Assembly (NCBI RefSeq): GCF_009834535.1
Contig: NC_045696.1
Coordinates: forward strand, 102,488,001-102,552,000
Origin: Camelus ferus
Lineage: Eukaryota
Length of the DNA stretch: 64,000 bases
Direction: 5' to 3'
The notes below the pieces were generated by a model. That model had not been told where the DNA came from. It ran no database searches and worked only from the letters and a program-made list of their open reading frames with translations. The translations under genes and the position numbers were made by a program. Every line of letters begins with the position of its first letter. The stretch's first letter is position 1. This document shows, piece by piece, positions 13,340 to 27,794 of the stretch.

Positions 13340-15080
13340 GTCCAGTCAGTTAATAAATATTTACAGAGACATACTCTGTGCCAGGCCTTGTCTAGTTTCC
13401 AGGAATCACAAGATAAAGTCCTTGCCCTCAAAAAGCTCACATTCTGGTGAGGAAGGTTAAGAGTAAACATGAAATTTGATGAATAAGCAAATTTTAGATA
13501 GTGACTGCTATGAAGAAAATGGGGGGATGTGATACCAAGTTTAACAAGGGGGCCACGTGAAATCTCCTTTATCTGCGGTAATCAGAGAAGGCCTCTGGGA
13601 GGGGATGATTTGCACTGAGCTGTGAATGATGCTCTCAGAGCAGCCGTGCAGATGTTTGGAGAAGCATCACATTCAAAGGATGGAGACTGGAGGGAGCTTG
13701 GCATTTTCTCAGGCTTGAAAGACCAGCTGGTTGGCGCGGAATGGGTAAAGGGGAGGTAATAGCAGTTGAGTTTAGAAAGTTTGGCTGGATTTTTTCAAGG
13801 CATGCTTAACCATTTGATTTTGCTCAGTTGCAACACAAAGTAATGAAAGGGTTTTAAGTAGGAGAGTGAGATGGTCTGATATTCACCTTAGTAAGTTGAC
13901 GCTCACTTTGATGAGTCTGCCATTTGCACCAGGCAATCTGAGGCCATTGGCTGTGCTTTTAACCACACAGTGACATCTTTACCCAATTAGTGAAGAAAAG
14001 GTGAGCAGCTGCAAGGTGATATCGTGGCTTGGACTGGGATGACAGTAACGGAGATGGCAAAACAGTCAAATTCAGAATATTTGGAGCTAGAAGGGAAAGA
14101 CTTGGATTGAAGGATGGATGGATGGGTGGGTGGGTGGATGGACAGAAGGGCAGATGGACAGATGGATGAAGAAAAGATTGATGAAGAAAAGTAAGGAATC
14201 TATTGGGACTGTGGGATCTTTATCCTAAGGAACAGAAAAGATGTTGGCCTTTGCTCCAGTGGGAGGCTGAAGAACAGCAGTTCAGGGTGGGAGGCTAAAA
14301 TCCATTGTTCTGTTTTAGCTGAGTTGATTTTGAAATGCCTATTAGACATTCAAATGGAGACATAAAATGAACAGCAAGGTATAAAAACCTAGAGTTCAGG
14401 AGGAAAGCCCTAGAGAGAGGTACAGTTCAGGAGTCCTCAGAGGATGGATTGTATAGGAGATTAGATGTGATCACCAAGAAGAGAGTGCAAACAGAAACAA
14501 GAAGACATCAAGAAGTTGATGATGTTAGAGAAAGGAGGGATAGATGCAGGAATGAAATATTTAATGAGGTGAGAAAGGATGCCATGCACAAGGAGAAGGG
14601 TTTGCCTTGGATCAGACCAGAAATTCTTTTTCCACTTCAGCAGAATGGAAGACAAGGTGTGTGAGTGCAGATTCCTGTAAGGTGATGGGTCTGGTAGTGG
14701 GAAAATAAGGCATTTCTCATCTGATTGCATATATAAATTGTGAGCTGAAGCTAACCCCGGGGTGAGTGAGAGGGATAGAATGACGCTGGGGATTTGAGGA
14801 AGAAGAAGACGTGTGACATGGTCCTGCTGGAGAGTGGGAAGGTGAACAGCAGGAAACTGTGCTGAGATTGTCTAGAAGTCTTCAGAGATCATTTGAGATT
14901 CATGTTAGTAAAATAAAAGTGAAACAAACTAGCTAGAAAGTTGTGTGATCTTTCTCCGGAAACATTCAGCTACTCAGGTGCAGACATGGAGTCAACTGAG
15001 AATTGGATTTGACCAGGTCAGGAATATTGTCAGGCATGGAAGAAGGGGAAGCAGATGAGGGCTGTCAGTGGAGAAATTAT
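13340..15080 (-). mobile_element. L2 LINE (long fragment; probably continues ~15.8-16.9 kb beyond MLT and MIR insertions)
   Basis: TAAATATTTACAGAGACATACTCTGTGCCAGGC..., GTCCTTGCCCTCAAAAAGCTCACATTCTGGT and TTTGAAATGCCTATTAGACATTCAAATGGAGA are antisense L2 signatures. Confidence 0.75.
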
Positions 15081-15084
15081 ATTG

Positions 15085-15770
15085 CTGCATCATGATCAAA
15101 TTTTTTCCAAAGATGGCGTCAACAAAACCCGCTATTCGACATGCTCTTTTGCAGTGTAATCTTGCCACTCGCCCACCAAGAGATACAGTGTAATTCTTCT
15201 ACCTTTGGATCTGGGCTTACCATATATTTTGTTCTTTCTTTCTTTCTTTTTTTTAATTGAAGTATAGTCCATTACAACATGTCGATTTCTGGTGCACAGC
15301 AAAATGTTTCAATCATACATGTATATATATACATATATTTGTTTTCATATTTTTTATTTTGTTTTGACTAATGTGATACAGCAGAAGGGATGCTGTGTAA
15401 CTTCAGATGTTGTGCAATTTCTGCAGCTTCTATCTTTGCTAATTAGAATACTCACTCATGAGATCCAACTGCTGTGTAAAGATGCCCAAGACGGACATCT
15501 GCAGTGCAGTACAAACTGAAAGAGGAAGAGGCCCCCGCCATCACCAACAAGGTTCCAGACACAAGACTGAAGCCATGTGGGACATTCTGACTTCAGTCAC
15601 CATCTGACTAAACCCTCATGAGAGACTCCAGCTGATGCCATGCAGAGCAGAAGAACCATCCAGTCAAGCCCTGTCCAAATTCCTGGTCCAGAGAACTGTG
15701 AGCAAGTAAAATGCTTATGGTTTTGAACCACCAGGCTTTGGAGTGATTTGTTACACAGGTTAAATAACTG
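15085..15770 (+). mobile_element. MaLR MLT1-type solo LTR
   Basis: CCCTGTCCAAATTCCTGGTCCAGAGAACTGTGAGC...TTTTGAACCACCAGGCTTTGGAGTGATTTGTTACACAG is an MLT1 3' end. Confidence 0.7.
15232..15352 (-). mobile_element. Short young L1 3' end inside the MLT1
   Basis: T-tail then TAATTGAAGTATAGTCCATTACAACATGTCGATTTCTGGTGCACAGC, flanked by TATTTTGTT on both sides. Confidence 0.8.
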
Positions 15771-17281
15771 AATTGGTAACTGCTCCACCAGCCTGTTACC
15801 ATCGTCCACTGAAGGGAAATGAGGACTTCAGGGGGTGTTATTGGAAGTGAAGTAATATAGGGATGCTGGAAAGTTGGATTTGAGGCTTTTTTTGAGGCCA
15901 AGAAACTTCTGAAGTAGGATTACTACAGTAGAGGGTTGGAAAAACAGGAGGTGATGCCAGAGAGGGGAAAACTTGAAATCAATATTTGGAGATAATGCTG
16001 TTATAACTGAAGCAAAGACCACAGGCGTGGGTCGTGGTGGTAGAACCAAGGCAATCAAAGGACAGAATAGCCAGGGTATCAAGTGGGTTGTCTGCAGACA
16101 TGTTAAGGTTGCCAGGAACGTGCACAAGAAAACTGCTTAACACGGTATTTGTATGCACCTGCTCTGGAGCCAGACTATATGTCCAACCCTGACTCTGTCA
16201 CTAACTGCGTGTGACATTAAGAAAAATAGATGACTCGCTGCACCTCAGCTCACTCATCCATAAAATGAGGGCGATGATCATACCGATCTCCCAGTGTTCT
16301 AGGAATTAAATACAGTAATGTTCCTAGAGTGCTTAGAAGAATTCCAGGAGATGAGAGGGGGCTTGGCAAATGCAAGTTCTCCTTGTCGCTGTCTTCGGCA
16401 GTGGAGACAAAGACAGCCGAGCAGGCACTGGAGGCACCAAGGACTAAGGTCAGTGAATGACAGCAACGAGGTGGGGGAGCAGGTGGTAACATCTGATGAT
16501 GTGCTTCAAAGGGGCTCTGGTCTTTGAAGTTGGAAGCAAGAGCAATGATTAATTAGAAGCAGTAAAGAGCGAGTAAGGAAGAGATTTCCCCTTTTTCCAG
16601 GCTTTAAGATCCTTCAGGTATGAAATCAAAGTCTCTCCTTGAGAGGGCTGCAGAGGAAGCAGAGTCCTCAGGGAGAACCAGGGTCCAGTCCAAGTGAGAC
16701 AATAAAGGGAGCATTCTGGGGAAAAGGGGGGTTTATGTCTGATAATGACAAGCCAGGAGCTCCAAAGGGCATGGTGGAAAGGCTTGGACAGATGGGAGAA
16801 GCATCAGATTTCAGGATGCACAGAGCAGGGTGGGGACAAGGGAACATGCAGTGAGGGGTTATCTGATGGGGATTAAGGGTTAAGGCAAACGTATTCACGA
16901 CCCACAAGAGGTCAGTCCGAAAAGTCTCTCAAGAAGAAATTCAGGGAGATCCAGAACCAGCTGTCCATTCTTGTGGCCCAAAGTGATCTGTGGGTCTAGG
17001 GGAGGGTGGAGGCCTCCTCAGAGCTTCTCTGCTGAGCAATTCGGTTCCTATGCAAGCCTTAAAAAGGTACGAAGTCAGGGGTGATGGTGAAGGGGGTGTT
17101 CGTCCCATCTCTCCTTGGCTGGAAGGAATTAGAGCATCCATCTGTGATCCATTCGTGGAAGCCCAGAGGGTGATCATTCTCTTCCGGGGCTAAGCCAAGC
17201 AACCCTGGCTGATTCAAGGGAACCAGGTGGTTGACATGTCTCACAGCAAAAAGTGACCACTACTGGTCTTCACAGTGCAGC

Positions 17282-17645
17282 TTACTTAGTCCATTTGGGC
17301 TGCTGTAACAAACAGACCATAGGTTAGGTGGCTTATAAATAACAGACATTTACTCTTGCAGTTCTAGAGGCTGGGAAGTCCAAGATCCAGGTATCAGCAG
17401 ATTGAGTCTGATGAGGGCTCACTTCCCGGTTCACAGGCAGCTGTCTTCTTGCTGTGTTCTCACATGGCAAAAAGGGCAGGAAGCCCCCAGAGGTCTCTTT
17501 TCTAAGGCCACTAATTCCATTCATTAGGGCTCCACCCTTGTGACCCAATCACCTCCCAAAGTCCTCTGCCTCCTAATACCACCACATTAGGGATTAGATT
17601 TCAACATACGAATGTTGGGGGCACACAAACATTCAGTCTGTGGCA
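17282..17645 (-). mobile_element. MLT1A-type MaLR solo LTR
   Basis: CTTAGTCCATTTGGGCTGCTGTAACAAA...CAGTTCTAGAGGCTGGGAAGTCCAAGATC...CACAAACATTCAGTCTGTGGCA. 5-bp TSD GCAGC/GCAGT. Confidence 0.9.
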
Positions 17646-19289
17646 GCAGTGCCCTAATGCAAATCAGGAAAAGACACTCTCTCCTGGAAGGTGCAGCTTC
17701 CAAGGTACATGGCTGGACCAGCACATGGGGCTAAATAGGAAGAAAAAGGCCCTGCTTCCTCTGAGCAGACACAGCCTATAGCAAGGACATCAAGCTTGAT
17801 GTGGGCTCAGCCAGGGGCCCCTCTACAGTGCACAGCCTGCACATCATCCCTGGTGGCACCTGCTGGACGTGGACCGAACTTCAGCTGCACTGGGTTCTTG
17901 TGTTGATTCTCACTTTGCAACCTTGGATCCATCACTTCTTCTCTCCAAGCTCACTCATCTTTAGGGGTCTTACTTGGCTCATATGCCAGATGAATAGTTG
18001 GGGTAATTCAATTCATACATCTTCTAATGCTCTTATGTGTCTGTCACTTGTGCTGGGCACCAAAGACACCAAGATGAATTAGAAACCCGGTCTTTGGGGG
18101 AGGACAGACCCAGAAAAAGCTGGTTCCCACACTGTAATGCAGGGGCTATGACAAAGGTGTGCACAGGTAGCTGTGGAAGCAAAGAGGAGTCCCTGCATCT
18201 CCTGTCAGACATATGACAAGTTCTGGCCAAGGAGATGTGAGTAGAAGAGAAGTGTGTCACTTTGCCCAGAGGCAGTCACAGCCCCCCTGCTATTCTCCAA
18301 TCTCCTCCCATCCCGCTACAATGCTCCTAGGGAGGTCTCCTGTCAACATGGGGAAACGAGCAAGACCAAAGCATCCTGGATCCCCAAGGAATCAGTGACA
18401 GATGGCTGCCGACCCACAGTGGACTATGTATGAGCAATAATTAAGCTGAATCCATTAAGATTTTGGTGGTTATTTGTGCCAATGACAAAACCTAGACTAT
18501 CCTGACTGATATTGGAAAGAGATAATTAACAATGGATGATGTCTAAGTTGCTTTCCAAGGTGGGTAAGTCTGATTAACTGCTGGGCTTTTGTTCGGCTGA
18601 ACGTATATGCAAAACTGGGGCCAATGTTGAATCATTCAGGATAACAGAGGAAGGCTGAACACACTGTCCCCACGGGCCTCAATCTCCTCAGTCAGATTTC
18701 CTCCAAATAAATGTGGTGCAAAACATTTAGTTTTCTTTTCCTTTGAGGACCCTTCCTCCCACACCCTCAGTTCATGTGAAATAGCTCCAGGAGTGAGGGT
18801 GTACCTGGCCGGTTACAGCCCCACATCTTCCTGGCCACATTGACTGAGTCAGCAATGGGAATGTGATCCAAGCCATGCAGAGACAAGATCCCAAGGCATC
18901 TTTCTGGAGAATCACTGGGGGAGAGATTTCTGTCTTAAGATGTGGTTATGTGAATAGATGTAAGGTTGGGGCTGCTAGTCTGACTTTACCACGGCATGGA
19001 GAGAACCTTCCTGAATATGAAGACAACTCAGAGGAAAGCAGAGTCAAGAAATGAAGAGACAGTGGCTAGGCAACAGTGTTTATTCTGTCCAGGACACCCA
19101 CTGTGACAGTCCAGTCTCACCACGCTGTAGCCCAGGAGCCCACCAGTCCCCCTTGTGGTCCTTGTTGCTGAGCCCAATCTCCGGCACCCAGCTCATCACG
19201 TCCATCCTCAGGAATGCAAACGAGGTCAAAGGCTCACGTGCTCTGAATACGCCCACCCAGCCCTAGACTCCACCCCCTCATTGGCAAAG

Positions 19290-20480
19290 AACAAGAAAAG
19301 CCCCCAGAGATTTGTGTGTTCCTGGGAAGGACCCACACCCCCTTCCCACCTCCCTCCCACCACCAACACTCACAGCCTCGACATCACTGTCTGCTGGAGA
19401 GCCCATCTGGATGAATCCCACCATACTTCTCCCCCCTGCTTCTCAGCCTCCACAGACAGGTGACTCCAGGTCACCCCTTACACCCCAGCTCCCACCTCAG
19501 ACATCCTCTAGTCTGATTCTCTCTCCCACCTGTCCCCAACTCCTGAGACTCTCCTGCTGTGTCTGCTGAAACTCACTGCACATCAACAGAATCCCGCAGC
19601 ACACCGCAACATCTTTTCTGAACACCCCGTCACCTCCCCGCTCCAACGGAAACTGCCTGTGTTCTGAGGGCACTGCTTTCCCTTCGGCCCTCACATGTCA
19701 TGGGCTATTTTCCCCCTCATGGTCATCATATCCCTGGGCCTGGAGGTGGACTTGCTCCTCACTGATATCTCGCTTCTCCCTAAATATCCCAGATGTGCGT
19801 GGCCAGACAGCAGCCTAGACGTCCACTGCCTCTCCTCTTGAGGTCACCTCTAGACCCTCGTCACACTCCCTCATTGCTGTTAGCTCCAAGTTCACAAAAA
19901 GCACATGTCTGTCCTAAGACTGGTTGATTTCAAGATCCACATAAAGGAAACTTCCAATATTCTGGCTTCCCAATTCCTAGACCAACTCCCCTTCTCCCCC
20001 CACCACTGAGCTACCTCAGCTATCCATGCACATAGTCACACATTAAATCTTGTCAGTAACAATAATCACATGCTCTTTATGATCTCAGTTTAAATCTCCT
20101 GCTGTCTGTTCAACAATTACTATCTCTTCATCCATCTCTCTGATACTCCAACTGCAACAACTCTGACTCCACCAGGAGAAAATCTATTGATCCTACCATT
20201 TTTACTGCTCAGATTCTCACTCCTCTCCCTACACAACTTAGATTGGATGGTTCACCATTGTCATCACTCCCTTTCCCTTTCTTCCTTTCTTCTTTTTCAT
20301 CTGAAAAAAACACAGCCCAGTGACATCCCACACTCTCCTTGATTCCCCCCTACACACTCCAGCTGGATGTGGCTGGAGAAAAGCACACCAACAGGCTGAC
20401 AGGTCCCACCCTAAATTCAAGACCATGATCGACAGTCCGTCACGCTGCCGCCACCTCTACCGTTCTGCCTGAGTTCAGTC
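19290..20480 (+). mobile_element. L2 internal fragment
   Basis: C/T-rich L2 ORF2-like sequence (CACATAGTCACACATTAAATCTTGTC; TGTGGCTGGAGAAAAGCACAC...AAATTCAAGACCA). Confidence 0.55.
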
Positions 20481-22519
20481 CCTCTCCCCCCTCTCCTGGA
20501 CTCTCCTCCCTTCTCCCCTCTTACATGAATGACCTTAAGTGTGGGGCTTAACCCTCAAAATCTCAATTTATCATCCATAAAATAATTCCAAAACCTACCT
20601 CACACTGTTGTTGCTAAAGTAACTGACATATGCTTGTGAAGTATTTCCACTGTGCTGGGATTTGATAGGAGCTAAATAAGTTCTTACCATTGCTGTTGTC
20701 ATCACAACTGATGTCACTGCAGCAAACTGTGGTCAAGAATTCCGTTTGAAGCGTCCCCCGAAAACCCTCCTCATCCAGTTCTAGAAGCTTCAGGGGTCAA
20801 ACACACTCCCCAGGCTTGCCCTGCCCCAGCAGACCCTCAGCCAAGCGTCCCTCAGGGCAGCTGGGGGCCTCAGGCTTGTCGGTACCCCGAGCCCTTTGTG
20901 GAGGAACACTTCTGCTTGGGGAGAGAGTAGCTCACCTGTGTGACACCAGTTCCATCTTCCAGGACACCAAGGTGGTGTTCTGTGCAATGAAAGTAATTTA
21001 CTAAATAGCTCTCTGGTGCCGCGGAAAAGTGAATTCATTTTGCACAGGTCACAAGTTTACTTCCAGAGAGCAGTTTCCTCCCTGCCAGAGCAGGCCCAAG
21101 TCTAATGGAAAATTGAAGAACAGCACTGAGGGTCCACGTGACAGTGGTTCCTGACCGTCCCGAACTTTGGGAGCCCGGCTGAGGGGGAGAAACGGGAGCC
21201 GCAGTGATGACTGTGAGAGGGGGAAGTCGTTCTCTATGCTGCTCTTGGGACTGCTGGCTTGTTCAGAGGGACCAAGAGACCGGGGTAGGGGTGTCAGGTG
21301 ACTCCCACCAGGAAGAGGAAGAAGAAACAAAGAAATGAACACAGTGGGAACCAGTTGTCTAAAATACAGTAAACTTAAACCTGACGGTGATGAGACAGAA
21401 AGAGAGAGTGAGTGTTATGGTAGCAGAGATAGACTACAGTTCTTAACCATAGTCTTAGAATGTGGCTGGGAATTCCAGCCCCCAGATGTGTAGGCAAGTT
21501 CAAACATGAAGTGATTGTGATGATGACAGAGTCTTCAGTAAATAACAAATCCCTACATCAAGTTTCTCTCTTTCTCTCTCTCTCTCATTTCTGTGTTTTA
21601 AAAAGATCTCTTTCACATACACGTGCACACTCTATAGCTGTTCCTCTCAGATAAGTAACAGAATTTCTCACCATATCTGCGTTTAGAATCTGCCCTTTTT
21701 GAGCATTTAGAAATCACTTGAAAATGTCAAAAGAAAAAAAAAAAACACGGCTATTTGAGGAGATGCTGCAGCACACACAGGGAGGGCAAGTGAGGTCCAC
21801 CACTATACTTCCAAACTCACATCGAGAGCTGACCGCGTCGGGAAGAAATCCAACAGTGTTAGTCCACAGTGGGAAATGTCAGCTCAGCAGATTATCATAG
21901 ACCTTAAAAGATGAATTTAGACCTCACAGGCAAAAAAGACAACCATGTGTATCATGGTTTCACTTCTTGGTCATTTTTTTTCCAGCCCTTTTTTGCTTGC
22001 CTTCTTTGATTTTTAAGGAATCAGATTGAAGTTATATAACACTGGTTCTACAGGATATTATTATTTTGTGAATATAATTTCACAAAAATTGGTCAGCTTA
22101 ACTTGGTAAATTAGGTTGAGAAAAGTTAACCAGGTGTCTTTCCTGAGGGACGCTTCTGTACCTTTAGTATGTGTCTGGTGAATCTCAAATATACCAATAC
22201 AGCATGTGAAGTTCGCCAAACTTATTTGATGATAGAAACCACTTCACAGGGACCATCCTGAAGGGGCATTCCTGCAAGGAACACATTTTGAGAAATGCTA
22301 ATTAGGTCTTTCCTTTTTATTGGCCCAGAGAAACATTAATGGAGTCTCTTGTGGTCAAATTCTAATCAACCGTCTTTTTAAGGTAAGGACTTATATACTG
22401 GGCACTTTTGAAAATCATAGTTTGAATGTTTGGTAAACATGTCAGTTCACGATACGGACATCTGAACCCCGCAGTAGTGGAATTATCATAAACTCAAGCC
22501 GCGTTTGAATGCAGACAGG

Positions 22520-22750
22520 CTGGCATAGAGTTTCAGGCCACGGACTCTGGAGCCAGACTTCCTGCATTTGAATCCCAGTTTTAATCTCATTTATTAACTG
22601 TGCAGCCTGCGTTAGGTACTTAACCTCTCTGTGCCACCGTTCTCAGCTTCTCCGTGTGTATGATGCAGATGATGATAATTATAGCCCCTGCTGACAGAGT
22701 TGCTTGAAATTTAATGAGTTAAAATTGCATAAAGTACTTAGGATGGTAAA
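22520..22750 (+). mobile_element. MIR SINE
   Basis: GGACTCTGGAGCCAGACTTCCTGCATTTGAATCCCAG...ACTTAACCTCTCTGTGCC core. Confidence 0.8.
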
Positions 22751-24899
22751 TACTAACTAAGCCTTCGGAAAGTAGTATGTGATGCAAATCGTTTCAAGCT
22801 CTCAGGAGCAAAATGGCGTACGTACCCTTTGAACCAGTGAGATTTGTCCCATTGCCCTTCTCTGTCTGAGAACCGTCTCGTTTTCAATGTGAAAAAGGAA
22901 CAGTGGAAATTGGAGTTAGACATTAAAAAAAAAAACAATCAGCTGAAAAGTTATACAATATTCAGATGCAGAATGAGAGAATGTTCAGTTTGGGATGTTT
23001 TAGAGAAAATAATCCGATGTGAACTAAATACGATCCACCGAGTCTTCGGGCCTGGGAACCCTGACATATTGTGGAGGAGGGTATGCAGGCCCGCATGTCT
23101 GGGTGCTTTTGTAGACACTGGGCAATAACATTTTTAAGATTTTGCTATTTTAATTGCTGGATTTAAAAGATAACTATGTGTCGTAAAACCATCAGTGTCA
23201 CGAGCCCGTCATTAATAAGCAGATTTTCAGCATCTGTCTAGATTCAGTGTGGGGGCTACCGATGATTTTACATTGGGCAATCCGTGCCCCACCACGGGCC
23301 CCTTCTTCCCTCTCTCCAGGCTGCACCTTCCTGCTCATTCTCCCCTGGTCTATCTCTTCCCCCATCAGCACAAATGCAAGACTCTGCCTTAAAATAATCC
23401 TTCAAAACTCCACTGAGCACTCCAACCCCATCGCCTCATATTCTCGCAAGCTCATTTCAGCTTCCTTCAAAATAACTTTCTGTCCTCAAAGACATGACTG
23501 AAAATCCTCTGGGTTCTCTACCCTTGGTTTGGGAAAGGCACTTCAGATCACGCAAATCTAGTGAGGCTGCAGCTTCCAATGAAGCCTGTCCACTCTCTTT
23601 GGATTCACTGTTGCCTGCAAAAGCAAGCGTGTTATGGCTGGTTGGCTGCCTCCTCCCGGGGCCATCTTGGTCTTTCTCAGGCTGCTTTGAGCCCTGCAGA
23701 CCGACTCCCATGGGCTGCATCAACCAGGCTCTGCTCCCAGCTGGCTCTTGGCAGGGTCTGGCCAAGGGAGACACCTTAAAGCGAGACAGGAGAGAGAAGA
23801 CAAGGCATTTCTTCTTTGCTCCCTCCCTGTGCCAGGCCATGTTTTCCCGCAGCAGCCGCATCCCTCCCTGACTCTAGCTTGCACCAGACTCAAGTAGGCG
23901 CCTCGTAAAGCCCCGTGGCCCTGCCAGCCTGCAGCGATGGCGCTCACTGTTCCTAGTCTCAGGGACCTGAGCCCTGTCCACATCCCTGTAAACAGCCTGT
24001 TCTTTGCAGTCTCTTGACTTTTGTCCCTGGGATTCTGCTTTTGCTGGGATCTGGACTGATAGAGAGCCCTAGTAAAAATTTAATACTTTCATGTCAATTA
24101 TAATTAATGTGATTATTAAACAAAATAGCATATTTGCATATCTATAACCTCAAAGGTAAGAAAAAAGCCAAGTATTGCTTCTTTTCAGTTCTACCGCCCT
24201 GGTGAGTGAGGGACCCTTCTACAGGGACGTAAGCCTAGTACAGGTATCTTAACTCTTTCATAAGTAACATTCGTGATTCCTAAATGAGTTAAAATACCTT
24301 GTACAGGGCACATGCTTACAACCCAGACACAGTTATTTCGCAAAAATTAGAAATGTTTCAAAATGTATAATGTTCTCAAAAAAAAAAGGGGGGGAGAGAA
24401 AAAGCTCATGTTAAAATTTTTAATTTAGAATCTCACAAAATTCAGCCCCTTTAGCAAACACACTGGGTCTCTCCCTCGCCCCTTGCTTCGTTTCTCTACC
24501 TGGAATTCTCCAGATATCTTGATAGCTGACTTTTTGTTATCATTCAGGTCTCAGCTTCATGGGGACTCACCTTCTACCCCAACATTCTAATTTAATCCTG
24601 TGGAAAATATCTTTCACTGTTTGGTTTGGGGGCAGGGTTTGTTTGTTTGGGTACCTTCTCCCCAATCAGGACATAAGCTTCAAAACTGCTGAGACCTTGT
24701 CTATTTTATACACCAATGTATCCTCAGCATTTGACCCACAGTAGCTGCTTAAAAAAAGGAAAGAAAGAAAGAAAGAAAAAAAGAAAGAAAAAAATTATTG
24801 ACTGAATTAATGAATGAACTGACATTTTATAAAAGATAAATAAAAGAAAAAACTGTTCCTGCTCTCAGGGAAGTCATAAATGGGAGAAAGAAACACACC

Positions 24900-25390
24900 T
24901 GAAAATTTAGAGTATTTATAGATTAATAAGGATAAATGATAAGATTGAGAATTTTATCAGAGAATTAGAATCTCTAAAAAAGAATGAAATGGAAATTCTA
25001 AAACTGATGTCAGAAACTGAGAACTCAATAAATAGATTTCACAGATTAGACACAGCTGGGAAAAGGACAAATAATTTGGAAGATGCGATAGTGGAAATCA
25101 TCCAGAATGAAGTACAGGAGGAAAAAATGGTGGAAAATATTAAAAGAGACTTATGGGACCCAGTATAAAACTCTAACCTAAAGAATTAGAGTCCCAGAGA
25201 GAAGAAGGAAAGAAAGGGTCAGAACAATATTTGAAGAAATAAGAATTTTCCAAAGCTGACAAAAGACAGTAAGCCACAGATTCAAGTAGTCCCCCAAGCC
25301 CCAAGAAGGATAAATATAAAGAAGAACAGACCAACCCACATCAGAGAGAACTGCTAAAAGCCAAATGCAAAGAGAAAAAACTTGGAGGAA
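24900..25390 (+). mobile_element. Old L1 ORF1 fragment
   Basis: GAATGAAATGGAAATTCTAAAACTGA...ATTAGACACAGCTG...GAATTAGAGTCCCAGAGAGAAG...AATATTTGAAGAAATA. Confidence 0.75.
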
Positions 25391-25469
25391 TATGGCAAAT
25401 GTTATCGTTCCATAAAGGAGAAAAATAGTTTTTGCTTCGGAAGATCAGATAAAGATTCCCAAAGGAAGT

Positions 25470-26340
25470 ACAACTCATTTATCTATTCATTCAACAAGGA
25501 CTCACTGAGCAGTTAATACATATCCATCACTAAGTAAAATCTTAACAAAAAGATAAAAATGACACAGCCCCTGCTCCCTGGGAGCTCACGCCTGGTGTAC
25601 AAAAGAGGCAGAAATGTAAGCAGAGTCTCCATAAAGCCTGCCAAGGGGGGTTGTTTTTAAAACAGAGGATGGGAGATGCTTGGGGAAGACGGTGGGGAGG
25701 GGCTTAAGGAAGACGCAGGACATTTGCTTGTCGTCTTGCTGGAGGCTCTAGGGGTGAAAACAACCCACGCAAAGGCCCTGTGGGCATCTCATTGAGCAAA
25801 GTGAGTTGCCTTTTGGAGTTCAGTGTGGGGAGAACGCAGGAGGGTTGCAGAAAATGAGGCTGAAGTGTTAGGTTGGAAACAGATTCAATAGGCAGTGGGG
25901 ACCCACCACAAGGTTTTCGGCAGGAGAGGGGCAGCATCTGAGTCGTTCTTTAGGAAGAGCGCCCAGAGGGAATGTGAAGGTACTTTTGAGAAGGACTCGA
26001 TGGCAGCCCATGAGACCAACCAAGACAATTATTTGTTGTCCTGGCCTGGGCAAGCAAGAACTATGGCAGTGGAAGTAGAGAGGGAATCCAAAGAGAGTAT
26101 TCTGTAGACATTTCAAAGTCAGAATCGACAGGTCTTGTCCACCATGGATTGTAGGAGACAGAAAAATGTCAAGATTGACTCCGGTGTGTAGAGGATGTCA
26201 ATGGTATTAATGCAAATATTGCTTGGAGTTAATATCATGAGGTCACTGTTAGTTTGTTGAGTTAGAAATACCAATAGGATTTTTCTGAAATGTTTCTTAG
26301 GGAACTGAAAAACCCAGTCTGGACCCCAGAAGCAAGATCA
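25470..26340 (-). mobile_element. L2 fragment
   Basis: ATTCATTCAACAAGGACTCACTGAGC...CCCTGCTCCCTGGGAGCTCAC...GGCAGTGGGGACCCAC is antisense L2. Confidence 0.65.
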
Positions 26341-27745
26341 GGGGCTGACACCAAGCTCTGAGGGCCCAGAAGGGGCTGCCTGGCAGAGCAAGAGCTAAGA
26401 CCAGTCATTCCAAAGCAAACACGTCTCAGGAAATACAGTTCATCCTAACAATCTATTCTTGGGTTTCTCATTTTGAGATATGTGAAACTATATTAATTGA
26501 AAAAATCATCAAGATGCTCGGTACATAGGAAAACTCTTTGAGAAACAGATATTTATTACCCTTCATATTTTGTTTTCCTCAGCCTTTTGCTAAGCCGCAT
26601 CCCAATTTTTCCTGCTTAGACAGCAGAAACACTAATGATGTGAACTGCAGTTAAAAGCTCTCTCCAAGTCGGCTGGTTGAAAGCTTCGGTATGAATAATG
26701 CCAGAGGCACAGAGGGGTTTAAAAGCTACATCGGTGTCATGTTTCTTAAAATAATGCACATCAAATTAAGAAAAACACCACTTAAAACTGAGATGAAGTT
26801 TCCACAATATTAACCAATTACTTTGATTTAAATATATATGTATATATATACACACACATCATACATACACTGTTTACTGTCGCTGGGGAAATCTTTTCCC
26901 TGCTATCAGTCAGTTGGCTCCTCTCATTTCAGATATGATTTATGGATAGGAATATAACTTTGTCAGTGAGAATAGAAGCATTTTTGCAGCCACCACATTA
27001 TTGCAGAATACTGAAGTTCAGGTCAAGAGTAACAGACTTCCTCTGCTGCAGAAATTCTCTCACAGAGTTACACCGGATGCAATTTGAACTTTTGTGTTTT
27101 TCAGCTACTTGTGGTTTATTTCTTGAAAAGTCTGTTGATCTGCACCAAGTCCCCTGAGGACTAGAGACAAGCAACCTCAGTTAATCTTCACACATTTGGT
27201 CTTTGGAGATGATCCCCCCAAATTACTTTCCGACACCCCTGAAAATCAGCACCCTTTGGTATCTACCCCAACGCGGGTTTAATTAGAGAGTGAAACAATG
27301 AATAGTTACTGAGTTCCTTCTACGGGTTCAACTCTGCCTCATGTGACAGGAAGCGATGGAAGAGATGAGCTTTGAAGCGAATGAAAGACGTTATTAAAGA
27401 AACTAACTAAAAATAGCTATCATCAAGGGCTGGAGTAGCATCAAGGATAAAGCACTGTAGGATCTTCTGTAAAGGAGTGATGTGGGTGGACTGCAAAGAT
27501 CTGAAGGCTTCATGGAGAAGGGAGAGTTTAACCCTGGAAACACTAGTGTGCCTCTCATACAATCTTTGGTCCAGATGTAACCTGTGTGGTGCATTTTTCC
27601 AACCAGCCAGGGAAGACTGTAGCATTACAGACCTGGTGTTTAGATCAGGCTGAGAAGTCAACCCCTCTTCCTGACACATTGGAGTAAATGGTCAAAATTG
27701 CAACTTCCCTCACTCCCATGCCCACGTTTGTGCTGCCTGCCCCCA

Positions 27746-27749
<4 letters not shown>

Positions 27750-27791
<42 letters not shown>
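27750..27791. repeat. (AC)21 microsatellite
   Basis: Perfect dinucleotide run. Confidence 0.98.
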
Positions 27792-27794
<3 letters not shown>
